Shown here: positions 25,355 through 37,503 of the stretch, one piece after another | How positions within the stretch are numbered: position 1 is the stretch's first letter | Layout of the letters: each line of letters begins with the position of its first letter | Source: Octopus bimaculoides | Taxonomy: Eukaryota | NCBI RefSeq assembly: GCF_001194135.2 | Contig: NC_068981.1 | Span: 42,366,406 to 42,412,507 of the forward strand | Direction: 5' to 3' | DNA: 46,102 nt | Notes under the pieces: generated by a model | The model's input: only the letters and a program-made list of their open reading frames with translations | Databases searched by the model: none | Told to the model about the DNA's origin: nothing | Position numbers and translations under genes: made by a program

Positions 25355-25495
25355 TCTCCGTTCCTTCCTGTCGAAGGATTTAGGCTCGAAACGTAAAAGA
25401 CTTTCTCACTTCCTGACTTATGCTAATACATATGTTTGTTGTTTACATACTCGTCTTCGTCTTTTGTTGTTTTTTTTTGTAAATTCCCACTATAT
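25355..25495 (+). mobile_element. Short Penelope-like terminal fragment, second copy
   Basis: Paralog of 20930-21045; preceded by cctgtcgaagg...ctcgaaacgta. Confidence 0.65.
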
Positions 25496-26561
25496 ACATA
25501 CACACACAAATATATAAAATCTTTTACCTTAAATCCTTTACTTGTTTCAGTCGTCAGACTGCGATGTATAAATGTTTGTGTGTATTTATACAAGCACGTA
25601 ATACACCTACATATATGTGAATGTATCTATTTTTGTGTGATTTTGTAATGTGGGATTATGCTAAAATGTGATGGAAGAAGAAATGAATATTTGTGTATAT
25701 ATTGTAAATTTAGCAAAACTACGTCCTTAATCACTCTATATGTGATAGTTATATTTGCTAACTTCGTATACATAAGCCTCATGCACATCGCAAATACATA
25801 CACACATCTCTATGCATAATCTAAAAATATAATGATTAGAACTAACGAGGCACAGTCTCTATTGGATGCTCGAACCTCTAAAAATAGCTGTAAATATCAC
25901 CGAAACCATAACAGCAATGTAGTCCTGGATACATTATGCTAAAATAAGGAAAACATGGTGAGTATTGGCATGCCTTTAACAATAGGTCTGCTGGATAATA
26001 ACTGACCTACTTTTCTAAAAACTATCACCACAACCATTACAGCAATCTCTGTATCTCACGTCACCATCACGCCGCCGCCATCACCCCCCCTCCCGGCAGT
26101 ACCTCAACCATTATTACCACCACCAACAAATTAATACCAACAGCTACGACAAGAGGTTGCAAAACAGCAAAGCAATACCTGCATTATCATCGAACTAAGA
26201 AGTATTGTAATATTCTATCACACAGTCGCTTGATTAGCTAAGAATAGCAGTTAAACCTCCATCAAAATACAAACCAATAGTTCTTAAACGTAAGGGCGCA
26301 AGGGTGCATTTGACAATACAGCCGTAGATGCCACAACTTGAAAATTTTTTTTTTCCGTCGGTATTGATTTAGATACTAAACAACAGAATGAAACTCCCCA
26401 CTGTCGTAGAAATAAGGACTAACCGTTAAGTGAATGTGATCTATGGTAAATAATCCCCATAATTATGATGAGGCAGCTACGACTGATGTCGAACATATAT
26501 ATACTTCCTTTGCGCCCTAGTCTTGTTACCAAGTTGTGGTTAAAAGTTACTACTGCTGTTG

Positions 26562-26570
<9 letters not shown>

Positions 26571-26594
<24 letters not shown>

Positions 26595-26618
26595 TTACTA
26601 CTACTACTACTACTACTA
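26571..26618. repeat. (ACT)n trinucleotide microsatellite
   Basis: Direct inspection. Confidence 0.95.
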
Positions 26619-28279
26619 AGGATCCTCCTGTACAATAGTGATAACAACAGCGACAAAAACTATCATGAATAAGAGTTTCCTGCGTTTTTCTATTCTTCCT
26701 TTTTTTTTTTAGAGTTCGATATAAAATTCAGTTGTTTATCAACATATTCTGTTGAGGAGAAAATCGTTTGAATAGAAAAACAGCAGGAAAAAAAATAGCA
26801 TACCGTTACGTAAATGTATTGTCCTTAGCTTAACTGCTGCTGTCTTTCACCACTGCCATATATGTCAAATCACCAATACTTCTTGTCGTTTCAGTAAAAT
26901 TTCTTGCAAGTACAATACGTAAAAGTAAAGAACTTTCTACAATACGAACATATCTTGCAGTATGTTTTTAACGTTTGTGACATTAATTCTTTCAGCTACG
27001 AACGTAATGGAATCGAATTCTTCAAAGCAAGAGCGTACATTTTAAAAGCTTTCTGTGTAGTTCGTTTCTTGTATGTCAACTTAAGCCAGAGACAAACTTG
27101 TTATTACCATAACTATTATATGTCATTTTTTCCTTCTTTTTACTCACTGACACATTCATCTACTAACTTGTTGTTTACTTTAGTTCAGTTCTTATATATT
27201 ATAGGAAATTCGTTAGTTACAATTCTATTTCGATTATTCCAGAAATAAACTTCAAACTTTTCCATTTTGCACAAGAATCAAGAATATCAAGAAAGAAGGA
27301 TAAACGGAAAAAGAAACTGAACAAAGGTAGAGGCGAACCAATAAAAAAAAAAAGAAAAAAATGTTGATAGAAACGCATTAAAAGAACTCCATTTCTACAC
27401 ATTTCCGCTTAAGACACTCTAAATTCAGAAATTCCAACTCATTGTTAGTTGGTGAAGTAAAGTTGATAACGACTCACATTAAGAATTCGGAGCGGATTAA
27501 GCGCAAAAATGACTTACACTTCTTCGGAATGATAAATATATAACTTTATTACCAATTCGCAGATGGCCGGCTCTTTTATCACTCTAATCGAATGCCAAGG
27601 GCTAACTGTAAACGAAGAATGTAACTTATTAAGAAGATATATTAACTAAGACGCTTGAAAGATTGCAAATGGATGCAGTAACAAAATATGTTATTGATTT
27701 ATTCAACAAAAGTGTTCCTTTGATGTTTTAAATGTATGTCTAATTCCTTTATCAATATATGTTCTATATTATTCAACATTTTATATTAGTCCAAGTTGCT
27801 TAATATAAAATCGACTGTGTTTTGATGAACGACATATGAACGAGACGAGGATAGCTTTACAATACTATTAATAAGACACCAAAAACATATTTGTGACTCA
27901 AAGTTTGGATTTTATAAGATGACGAATACTTAAGCATTTCAAGACACAAATCTTGTTTTCATCTTATAAGATACACCAAATTTAGCATCGAAGCTCGGTA
28001 ACATTTACACAGCTAATGGATAATCATCTCTTGACAATCTTAAATTTGTAAAATGAAATTAAAATGAGAAAAAAGTCATGAATTTTTTGGTGGAGTGATA
28101 TACTCAGTAATATACAGCTCAGAAATTACCAACGCTGATGGAATGGATTAAATAAAAGAGAATGAGTAGTAGGTCATTTTTACGCATGTATGCATGAATG
28201 TATGTATGCATGTATGCATGTATATATGTATATATGTATGTATATTTAAGCACACACGCACATACACACACATACACAC

Positions 28280-28365
<86 letters not shown>

Positions 28366-28753
28366 TTATATATTTACACACTCAGGCTAATGACGGTAAA
28401 CAAGCCGAAACTGAGAAGATACCATCAACTTTTCTCCCGTATAAAGATTAAGAAAGATGTGAAAATTTTCCTCACATACGAAATGTGCAAAATAACTCAT
28501 TGGGCTATAGAAGACGTCATCGGATTGCATGATGCTCGCTTTTCTGTGTAATTGCACGTCTTCAGTATCGGGTAGCGAATTCATTTTTCACAGACGTAAT
28601 TACTGTTCTTATAAATACGAATTATCGTTCTTATAGAGCTGTGAAAGACGAATTCGGTATTCGTAGCTGACAATACACAATTTCAAAGAAATACATGCGT
28701 CCTACGATTCGATGACAACGTTGCAGTCCAATGAGCTTTTCGCATATTTTTAG

Positions 28754-29510
28754 CGAAACAATTGCTTCTTGGTACACACAGTCTTCTCTATTAATCTTTA
28801 ATGTATACCCTACGTGCATTCGAAGATTCCTGGAAGTTGAACCAATGATGAATGCAAAGTACCGCTGAATACGCTTGGTAGCCATAGGTAGTGAACGTGC
28901 TCTGCGGACACACAACCTGGGACTTAACCTGAAACAAGGTTTCGATACTGTGTTTAACGCATACTTCCTAAACCTTAATTCTTTAACTTTAAACTCCTCT
29001 TATATACATATTCTGAAGTGGTGTACATATTTTATACATCAAGGAAAAGGAGGTAGTCAGTATTTGGGATACCTCTTTATTAGCGCTTTCGTCTCATTCA
29101 TTCGAAATTCCTCAGATATAAACTTTACATAAAATTTCACACACACACACATACACAGACACACATACACACCCGCAAACACACACACATTCACGTATAC
29201 AAAGACACACGCACACACACTTACATACACACACATACATGCACAGAAAGGAGATTAGACACGCACATGCACATAGACAGACCGACAGAGAGACAAAGAG
29301 ATAGAGAGATAGATAAATAGATAGAAATATACGCAATGTGTGTGAGAATGCCTATATTTTGGAATCATTTACACATGTATATGAGCAAATGATTAAATAT
29401 ATATATTTACCAATGGCTTCCTGTATACTTACACACACACGCACGCACACATATGTTATACTTCTGCACACACACATACCTTTCAGTTGTATTATGTCCT
29501 CTCAGTTATT
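28754..29510. repeat. Local segmental duplication, copy 2; lacks about 640 bp present in copy 1
   Basis: 28754-29137 matches 23239-23636 and about 29275-29510 matches 24415-24630. A CA-rich tract replaces 23637-24410. Confidence 0.92.
28814..28928 (-). CDS. Candidate exon (VKSQVVCPQSTFTTYGYQAYSAVLCIHHWFNFQESSNA), duplicated at 23312-23427
   Basis: Acceptor gaaaccttgtttcag and donor CAC|gtaggg are conserved in both copies, and the phase-0 frame is open. Several copy differences are third-position in this frame (CCG/CCA, ACT/ACC, ACC/ACT). Copy 1 has a 1-nt insertion. No protein family recognised. Confidence 0.3.
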
Positions 29511-29731
29511 GAATGAGTTTTTCGCACATGTTGTGACAGGAGAATTTTCTTCCCACGTCTTAGTGTACAGAGAAAGTTAAATGCAATTGTAAACGATTAT
29601 ATTTTATCCAACGCTGCTTTCTGCGTCTCTAGTTATTTAATTTCATATTAATTAAGCAACTAAATTTCATGCAAGGTTTGCTTTGACTGTGGCCCTCAAC
29701 CTATCGAAAATATTTCTTGCTCAAGATTTAC

Positions 29732-29776
29732 CTCTATGATGACCCTTGCTACGACATAAGGAACAGATTGTTCATT
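29732..29776 (-). CDS. Candidate 45-nt phase-0 micro-exon (NEQSVPYVVARVIIE)
   Basis: ttctgtattttcag|AAT GAA CAA TCT GTT CCT TAT GTC GTA GCA AGG GTC ATC ATA GAG|gtaaat. Strong acceptor and donor; only phase 0 is open. Protein not recognised. Confidence 0.4.
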
Positions 29777-30519
29777 CTGAAAATACAGAAGTTGAATTAT
29801 GGAATTATTTCTTAATTTCTTGAAATTATTATCCCTTATCTTTGAGAGTTTACTAACAATTCTTGCTATGGTTTTGTTTTTGTTTGCAAAATTTGAAAGT
29901 GACTGCAACAATTTAAGGAACTATTTTGTGTATGATATTCATCACATCATCATTTAACTTAAAAGGCTCATTTCGTTTTTAATCATGTAAGGTATAATTA
30001 ACTAAACTATCTGCAAATCTTTAACTATCTACAGAAACCTATTCCCAAATCTCTAGGCTCGCATAGAATGTTCTATATTGCTTTACCAATTGCCTGCAAA
30101 GGATGATCGTTTCTTTAAGGGAGTATATTTATTTGAGAAATTAATTCTTAGTTTGCTCAAATGCTCTACCTCTTCTGAGCTATTAACAATTGCAGCTACA
30201 TTTTATATTTTTGCTTGTTTTTCTCTAGCTCAGATGGAAATACCAATAAAGTAAGAACCGAATGCCTACAGCATCCACTGCATTCCCTTTTACTTCCATG
30301 AAGTGATATACATGAATGCATCCGTCACTTCATATTTTACTTTAACTATATCACATATATTCTTAGTATTAAGCATAAAAATATGCGTTTATATGTACAG
30401 GATGTGAGCCTTCTCGTATCCGTGTGATTAATCGATGTGCATGCGTATGTATTAATGTTTGAAACTATAAAGTAAATTAAGAAGAAAGGGTGCATTTAAA
30501 AGAGAGAAAATGAAGACTT

Positions 30520-30571
<52 letters not shown>

Positions 30572-31237
30572 TTGGGAAGAACATAAATGGAAGTTATACA
30601 ATAACTTAATGTCTCACACCTTTACAATTTTGTTAATGCAATAATATAATTAGCAATTTGCAAATATACATTTCAACAGAATATAGATTAGTTTAAATTA
30701 AATAGAAACATCTGTAGTATATTATAAAATAAAATTGCGAAAAATCTATTATGATATCAATGATGAAAAACATCTGTTTCGTTCAGTAAAAAAGTCTCAA
30801 AACTTTCCGTATGAAAAAACAGACAGAAATTTCGATATGTAAATGTTAAAGTGTCTTGCTTACATACATATAAAGAGAAAAGAAAATATTAGGAAGCAAT
30901 ATGAAATTTTTATCAATATCTCCGTAATTTTTTCTTCGTACATAAGAAAATATGCAGATATTTTAACGCAGACGATAACAAAATTCCATCGGTTTGGTAA
31001 ATGAGAAATATTTTATGGCAAAATACAATAAGCACAAGTAGTAAACATCAAGTTTATCATGGCGAAATAGAGGAAAATTATAAAAATACCAATAATACTT
31101 ATATTAAGAATAATAATCTTGCAATATTTTAGTCTCTTGCAATATAACTAACACAGCAACGTCATCTTTCCAAACCAAGAACTATTCAATATAAACAAGC
31201 GTAGATTTCTGAAAACTGCAGACATGATTTCGTATAT

Positions 31238-31325
<88 letters not shown>

Positions 31326-31454
31326 TTGCATGCACGGTGTTTGGTTTAAATTTGACTGTTTTACATAAGGGGAAAAGAAAACAATATCCCACCCAAAAAT
31401 AAAAGTATTTGAAAAAAATCCAAAAATATTAACTAGATTATGGCTGGAAGAGAA

Positions 31455-32040
31455 CCGTTTACTCAAATTAGCAGACCTCAGCTTCCACCGTGGCCTTAAA
31501 ACAGTCCCAGAATCGCATTAAGTGTTCCTCATTGTGTCTCTGATAAGATCGTTGTACATGTCCTTAAACTTGGCCACCAGCTCAGTCTTGGTGTTGCAGT
31601 CACAACCGCACCTCACAAATAAAAATTCATGGGATTACAATCAGGGGAATTAAGAGAGGCTGGTGAATTCGTAGAAATTCTCTGACAACCATTTCTGGCT
31701 CTTTTCAGAGATATGGTGAGGAGAAGAATCTGACTACTACACATATCGCCTTTCAGCAGCAACCCTCTCGAGCCAGAATTTGACCACAATCTCTAGTAGC
31801 TTCACATAGCTGTCTGAATCGCAATTAATGCCCTGTTCATCAGTTGAATGAATTCCGGGCATGCCGACGCAATCAGGACGCCGGCTCTGTCCTGTCTTGC
31901 TGGCTACGGCTACTTAGTCTCTGTTGCACCTGTCCATGTCACGTCGTGTACTCTTTACAGTATTCAAAGAGCATTGAACAATAGCCATAATGTCGGTGTT
32001 TTCATACCGATACTCGACGCGAATCATGATGCAGGAAACT
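31455..32040 (-). pseudogene. maT-type (DD37D-like) Tc1/mariner transposase relic with internal deletion
   Basis: N-terminal IRVEYRYENTDIMAIVQCSLNTVKSTRRDMDRCNRD*VAVASKTGQSRRPDCV is joined directly to SYVKLLEIVVKFWLERVAAERRYV**SDSSPHHISEKSQKWLSENFYEF / NSPDCNPMNFYL*GAV / CNTKTELVAKFKDMYNDL / FKATVEAE (QDxAPxH and SPDxNPxD motifs). Confidence 0.85.
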
Positions 32041-32449
32041 CCTGTATATAATAAACCAGGATGAGTAAAATGTAAGAAAAATATAAATCATGAAATTCAT
32101 TATAATATATTTCACCAACGCGGAAATTTTATTCATTAAAGTAAGTGCCATTACAATTAACACATTTTTGCCTACGAGTTACAAGTCTGTTTATTCTAGT
32201 AACATATAAATCTGGAGACATATACATACGTNNNNNNNNNNNNNNNNNNNNNNNNNNNNNNNNNNNNNNNNNNNNNNNNNNNNNNNNNNNNNNNNNNNNN
32301 NNNNNNNNNNNNNNNNNNNNNNNNNNNNNNNNNNNNNNNNNNNNNNNNNNNNNNNNNNNNNNNNNNNNNNNNNNNNNNNNNNNNNNNNNNNNNNNNNNNN
32401 NNNNNNNNNATATATATATATATACATACACATATATATATTATATATG

Positions 32450-32495
<46 letters not shown>

Positions 32496-32582
32496 TATAT
32501 ACTCACACATACACACATACGCACAGATACACACACGCACACATACTAGCACATTCATACACACATGTATATATATATACAC

Positions 32583-32740
32583 AACAAGCTCCTTTCAGTT
32601 TCTCTCTACCAAATCCACTCACAAGGCTTCGGTCGGCCCGAAGCTATAGCAGAAATCACTTGGTCAAGATGCCATGCAGTGGAACTGAACCCGGAACCAT
32701 GTGGTTGGGAAGCAAGGTTTTTACTATACACCAGCGCCTA
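32583..32740 (-). mobile_element. tRNA-derived SINE (second family), best-preserved 5' half
   Basis: The minus strand reads aggcgctggtgtatagtaaaaaccttgcttcccaaccacatggttccgggttcagttcca (A/B-box-like head), then gcatcttgaccaagtgatttc (CORE-like). Confidence 0.85.
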
Positions 32741-33186
32741 TGATATTTCTTTGAGTTTTATTTAAGGTCTTGAGAGAGTTCAAGCCGGCTGCTACAAAAG
32801 TAGCAAGAGGTTTTGAGTTAAGAGAAACCTTGGTATTTGCAAATATGTGGTCGCGTTGGTATGCTTGTTGAACTGTTGATGCATTCCCATATGTATTGTA
32901 TTTGTTCACATAAACATCTTTTGATGGTGAATTTTTCGAATGTCTTACACTTCTTCACTGTGTTACTTATAGATTGGATTTGGAGGATCTGCTTCTCGTA
33001 CTGTTGTTCTTTCTCTGTGCGAATTCTTTGGTGCACAACCTAATGCACCTATGATGGTAGGCAGAATTGAGAATTCATAGTCAGTGTACAAGAGCCATGA
33101 GTTTTGCAATAATTCGCCATATATGTTGTATTTCTCCTGGAGTTTTGATTGTACATTAAGTTTGGGAGTACTACTTGCTAGAAATG

Positions 33187-33300
33187 CTGACAGCAGTAAT
33201 ACAGAAGATATGGAAAAATGAAGTTATGTTAGAAGACTGGAAGGATGCAGTTATGGACGTTGTGTTCAAGGGTAAAAGACAAAAGGATGCATGCAGCTGA
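33187..33300 (+). pseudogene. LINE (RTE/CR1-type) reverse-transcriptase fragment
   Basis: LTAVIQKIWKNEVMLEDWKDAVMDVVFKGKRQKDACS* matches the conserved IW...P.DWK.A.I..IFK.G segment just before RT domain 1. Confidence 0.7.
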
Positions 33301-33899
33301 TCTCCACAACAAGCCATAACTTTTGTTCCCTGTCCCACAGAACAATATCAGGTCTGTTATGTTTGTGCCGATTTGAGTTTTTAACTGGGCTGTTCGACAA
33401 ATATTACTCGCTTTTAATGTAGTAAATACCTGCTGCTCCTAACATGCATTTGATGTATACGTCAATGCAGTCCTTGTAGATAGCATTGTGAATAGTCTTC
33501 GAAACTATATCATGCCTCAGTGGCAGATAGTATCTCTATACAATCTAGGGCAGCAGCTCATGATGTATGTATGTATGTATGTATGTATGTATGTATGCAT
33601 GTATGTATGTATGTATGTATGTATGTATGCATGTATGTATGTATTCATGCATGCATGCATGTGCGTGTATGCGTATGAGTGTGAGTGTGTTTATATATAC
33701 AAAATTTTATATAATCGGCCATGCGCAATGTATTACTATAAAGAAAATATATAATTGCCACTAAATGCGACTAAGGGCGTCAAGACACTTACATTGCTAG
33801 AAATAAGAGCTAAAATGCTCTAATGCCGTAGAAAAGCGCATAATTGTATACATATATGCCCACGGAGTTGTAATTGTCCCAAAACACTAATTGAGAATT

Positions 33900-33945
33900 T
33901 CCTATACTTTAGTTTCAGCTATTTCTGTAGGCTCGTCAGTAAGGA
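33900..33945 (-). ncRNA. Minimal type-I hammerhead ribozyme motif
   Basis: tcctta-CTGACGA-gcctacagaaatagct-GAAAC-taaa-GTA-tagga. The core is intact, stem I is tcct(t)a/tagga, stem II is cta/tag, and stem III is tiny. A degenerate tandem copy lies at 33974->33952. Confidence 0.6.
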
Positions 33946-34026
33946 CCGCTTGTTCGGCTATTTCTGACCGTCAGTATATGTGTACTTTCCATAAAATTTA
34001 GAGGATGATTTAGGGAATCGCTAATT

Positions 34027-34086
<60 letters not shown>

Positions 34087-34839
34087 NNNNNNNNNNNNNN
34101 NNNNNNNNNNNNNNNNNNNNNNNNNNNNNNNNNNNNNNNNNNNNNNNNNNNNNNNNNNNNNNNNNNNNNNNNNNNNNNNNNNNNNNNNNNNNNNNNNNNN
34201 NNNNNNNNNNNNNNNNNNNNNNNNNNNNNNNNNNNNNNNNNNNNNNNNNNNNNNNNNNNNNNNNNNNNNNNNNNNNNNNNNNNNNNNNNNNNNNNNNNNN
34301 NNNNNNNNNNNNNNNNNNNNNNNNNNNNNNNNNNNNNNNNNNNNNNNNNNNNNNNNNNNNNNNNNNNNNNNNNNNNNNNNNNNNNNNNNNNNNNNNNNNN
34401 NNNNNNNNNNAAACACAATTAGAAGATCTGCGTTCCGAGATTCTCATATATAAGGGTGTACTCCCAAATCAGTTGGGAGTATCATTCTATATTCGTATAA
34501 GGTCACGTTTATAGTTTGTATTAACGATGAAGTATTAAGAGAAAATATTTTCTATCTTGGCTATACCTTCCTAATCAAATCAACATATCTGTAGTTCTTC
34601 TAGATATAGCTTGCAAATATAGATTTAGATTCTGCTTGCCATTCCCACGAGTTTCTTTCTATTTGTTCGAAGCGAAACTAGTATATTTTTTCAGATAATG
34701 TTACTGAGACAATATTCTATCTGATTATCATTAGGATTCATTTATACCTCCCTCAAACTGTTCTCACTATATGTTTCTCTTTCGCTCAGTAACTCTCTCC
34801 TTCACTCGTTTTTTCTCTACGCATATGTATATATGCGTG

Positions 34840-34903
<64 letters not shown>

Positions 34904-34913
34904 NNNNNNNNNN

Positions 34914-34961
<48 letters not shown>

Positions 34962-35254
34962 TACAGGTATGTGTGTAGAGAGAATGAGTGAAGCACATAT
35001 TTATATTACATGCGACTCTGTTCGTGTGTATGTATATATGTGTGCATGTATGTGTGCATGTATGTGCGTCTGTATTTATATCTATGTAGATATGCTTTAA
35101 ATATATATCAGTATATATATGAATATAAGTCCACACACACATACACACAACCGCACACACACATATATATATATTTTCAATATACACACACAGGCATATG
35201 TATATATATCTATATTTACAATACACACATATATATGTATGTGTATATATATTT

Positions 35255-35304
<50 letters not shown>

Positions 35305-36622
35305 NNNNNNNNNNNNNNNNNNNNNNNNNNNNNNNNNNNNNNNNNNNNNNNNNNNNNNNNNNNNNNNNNNNNNNNNNNNNNNNNNNNNNNNNNNNNNNNN
35401 NNNNNNNNNNNNNNNNNNNNNNNNNNNNNNNNNNNNNNNNNNNNNNNNNNNNNNNNNNNNNNNNNNNNNNNNNNNNNNNNNNNNNNNNNNNNNNNNNNNN
35501 NNNNNNNNNNNNNNNNNNNNNNNNNNNNNNNNNNNNNNNNNTATATATATGTATATGCGAGTGTGTCTGTGTGTGTATGTGTCCTTGTGTGCGCGTATAA
35601 GTATGTGTGTATGTACATATACAAGTTTTCCATTTAAATTCCAGTTTGATCACTGAACGTAAACACTGCATACGATGAAATCAAATTTATTGCGTAACCA
35701 ATCCCATTTATTAGGCAAATGAGAAAGTATTTGGCACACCTTTTTTTTCCACTGATTTGAAAATTCCCACATGGCGTAATGGAAAATGCAAGCAACAACA
35801 ATAAGAAATACATGATCATGGTTAACAATAACAACAATACTAGCAATTTCTTTTATGAAACGGATAACAAAATACAGGATTACATTAAGATATTATTCGA
35901 TTCGATACAGTATAGAATAAGCATGAGAGTTTGTATTGCATAAGTATAATAAATGCTTCTAACAAAGTATGCATCCTTTTGTTTGTGTATTGACAGTTGT
36001 ATGGTGTTTGCAACTTGATTGATACCTTATCCACCCTGGAGGGATGAAAAGCAAAGTTGATTTAGACTAGATTTGATACCAGAATGAAAAGGCGTGGCAA
36101 TCAAAGGGTTCTGTTAATGGATTGCTAAATTAAATCGTTCCCGTGTATACCAATGGATTTTATTTTAGCGGAACTTGGTGACTAGAACGGAATTCGAACT
36201 CGGAACTTAAATTTTTTTTTTTTTTTTTTTTGCGAAATATCGCTTGTTTTCACAATTATGATTTCTAGCAGATGCTCAATACCAAGAATTTACATAAGAC
36301 AGATGTTTAGTTAATTATACAGACACCAATCAATATTTATGTTATTGATACCAAGTGGTAAAACTCGAAGTCAACCTTAGCTGAAATACTTCTCAAAATC
36401 TTTTAAGAATAGAGTGGACAAAATGCTTTGTGGTGTTTTATCCCATTACTTCAATTTTGAGTTCAAATCTCTAGTACAGGTGGCGAATGAAATGAATACA
36501 AGGCTCATAAACGGGTACCGTGTGCATGAACTACTACTATTTATTCTTATTAATTTTACTAATATTGGACATTTAGGAATTAACGATATCAACACACCAT
36601 CAACTACACGGATGTCGTTGCT

Positions 36623-36653
<31 letters not shown>

Positions 36654-37118
36654 AAGATGACGTCGACAACGCGACATGAACGATGGTGATGAAGCGCATG
36701 TGCATGTATAAGAATTAAAAAAATGTATAAATATAAGAATAAAAAAGTAGTATTAATAATCAAGAAACTACGTGCGGTGAAACAGAATCCTAACAAAGAA
36801 TAAATAACGAAGCACGGATTAAAATATTCCAGCGTCAGCCTTGAGAGATACATCATATGTAACATTCAATTCACTAGCGTAGTTCACATCCTATTCGTTA
36901 GGCATAATCACACATCAGCAAATACTATAACAAAATACACGCACACAGCATATATTTTATAAATCACACTGCATTATAACATAATTCACGCAGTACATAT
37001 TCTTTACACTAAACGATTCTCCAGCCCTGATGCAACTCGCTCTATCTTAATGCGATTGGTCGTCTCCCTAAATATATTAGGTAAACGATGAATTTTCTGT
37101 TGCATATAAGAACTATGC

Positions 37119-37503
37119 GAAGGTGCATAGCATAGTGGACAGGGTAATCGGCTCACGATCGTAAAGTCGTCAGTTCGATTCCCGGCGACGCGTTGTGTCC
37201 TTGAGCAATGCACTTTATTTCTTGTTGCTCTAATCTACTCAGATGGCAAAAACGCGTTGTACCTGTCATTCAAAGGGCCAGCCTTATCAAAGGGCCAGCC
37301 TTATCAAAGGGCCAGCCTTATCAAAGGGCCAGCCTCATCAAAGGACCAACCTTCTGTGTCACGCTGACTCTCCCTGAGACCTACATTAAGGGAACGCATG
37401 TCTGTGGAGTACTCAACCACTTGCACGTTAATACCACGAGCAGACTGTCCCATTGATCGGATCAACAGGAAACCTCGTCGTCATCGTAAGTGACGGAGTG
37501 CCA
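37119..37503 (+). mobile_element. tRNA-derived CORE-like SINE, full length, with internal 17-bp tandem array
   Basis: Head gaaggtgcatagcatagtgg...cagttcgattcc, then gcgttgtgtccttgagcaatgcactttatttc; five copies of tcaaagggccagcctta at 37270-37353. Confidence 0.85.

Noticed and set aside
32770-33060. Overlapping ORFs of 60-70 aa between a SINE and the RT fragment
   Set aside because: No motif recognised; possibly decayed TE sequence.
34459-34481. Perfect 9-bp hairpin tactcccaa/ttgggagta (similar 9-bp stem at 30298-30333)
   Set aside because: Too short to exceed chance, with no Helitron CTRR end nearby.
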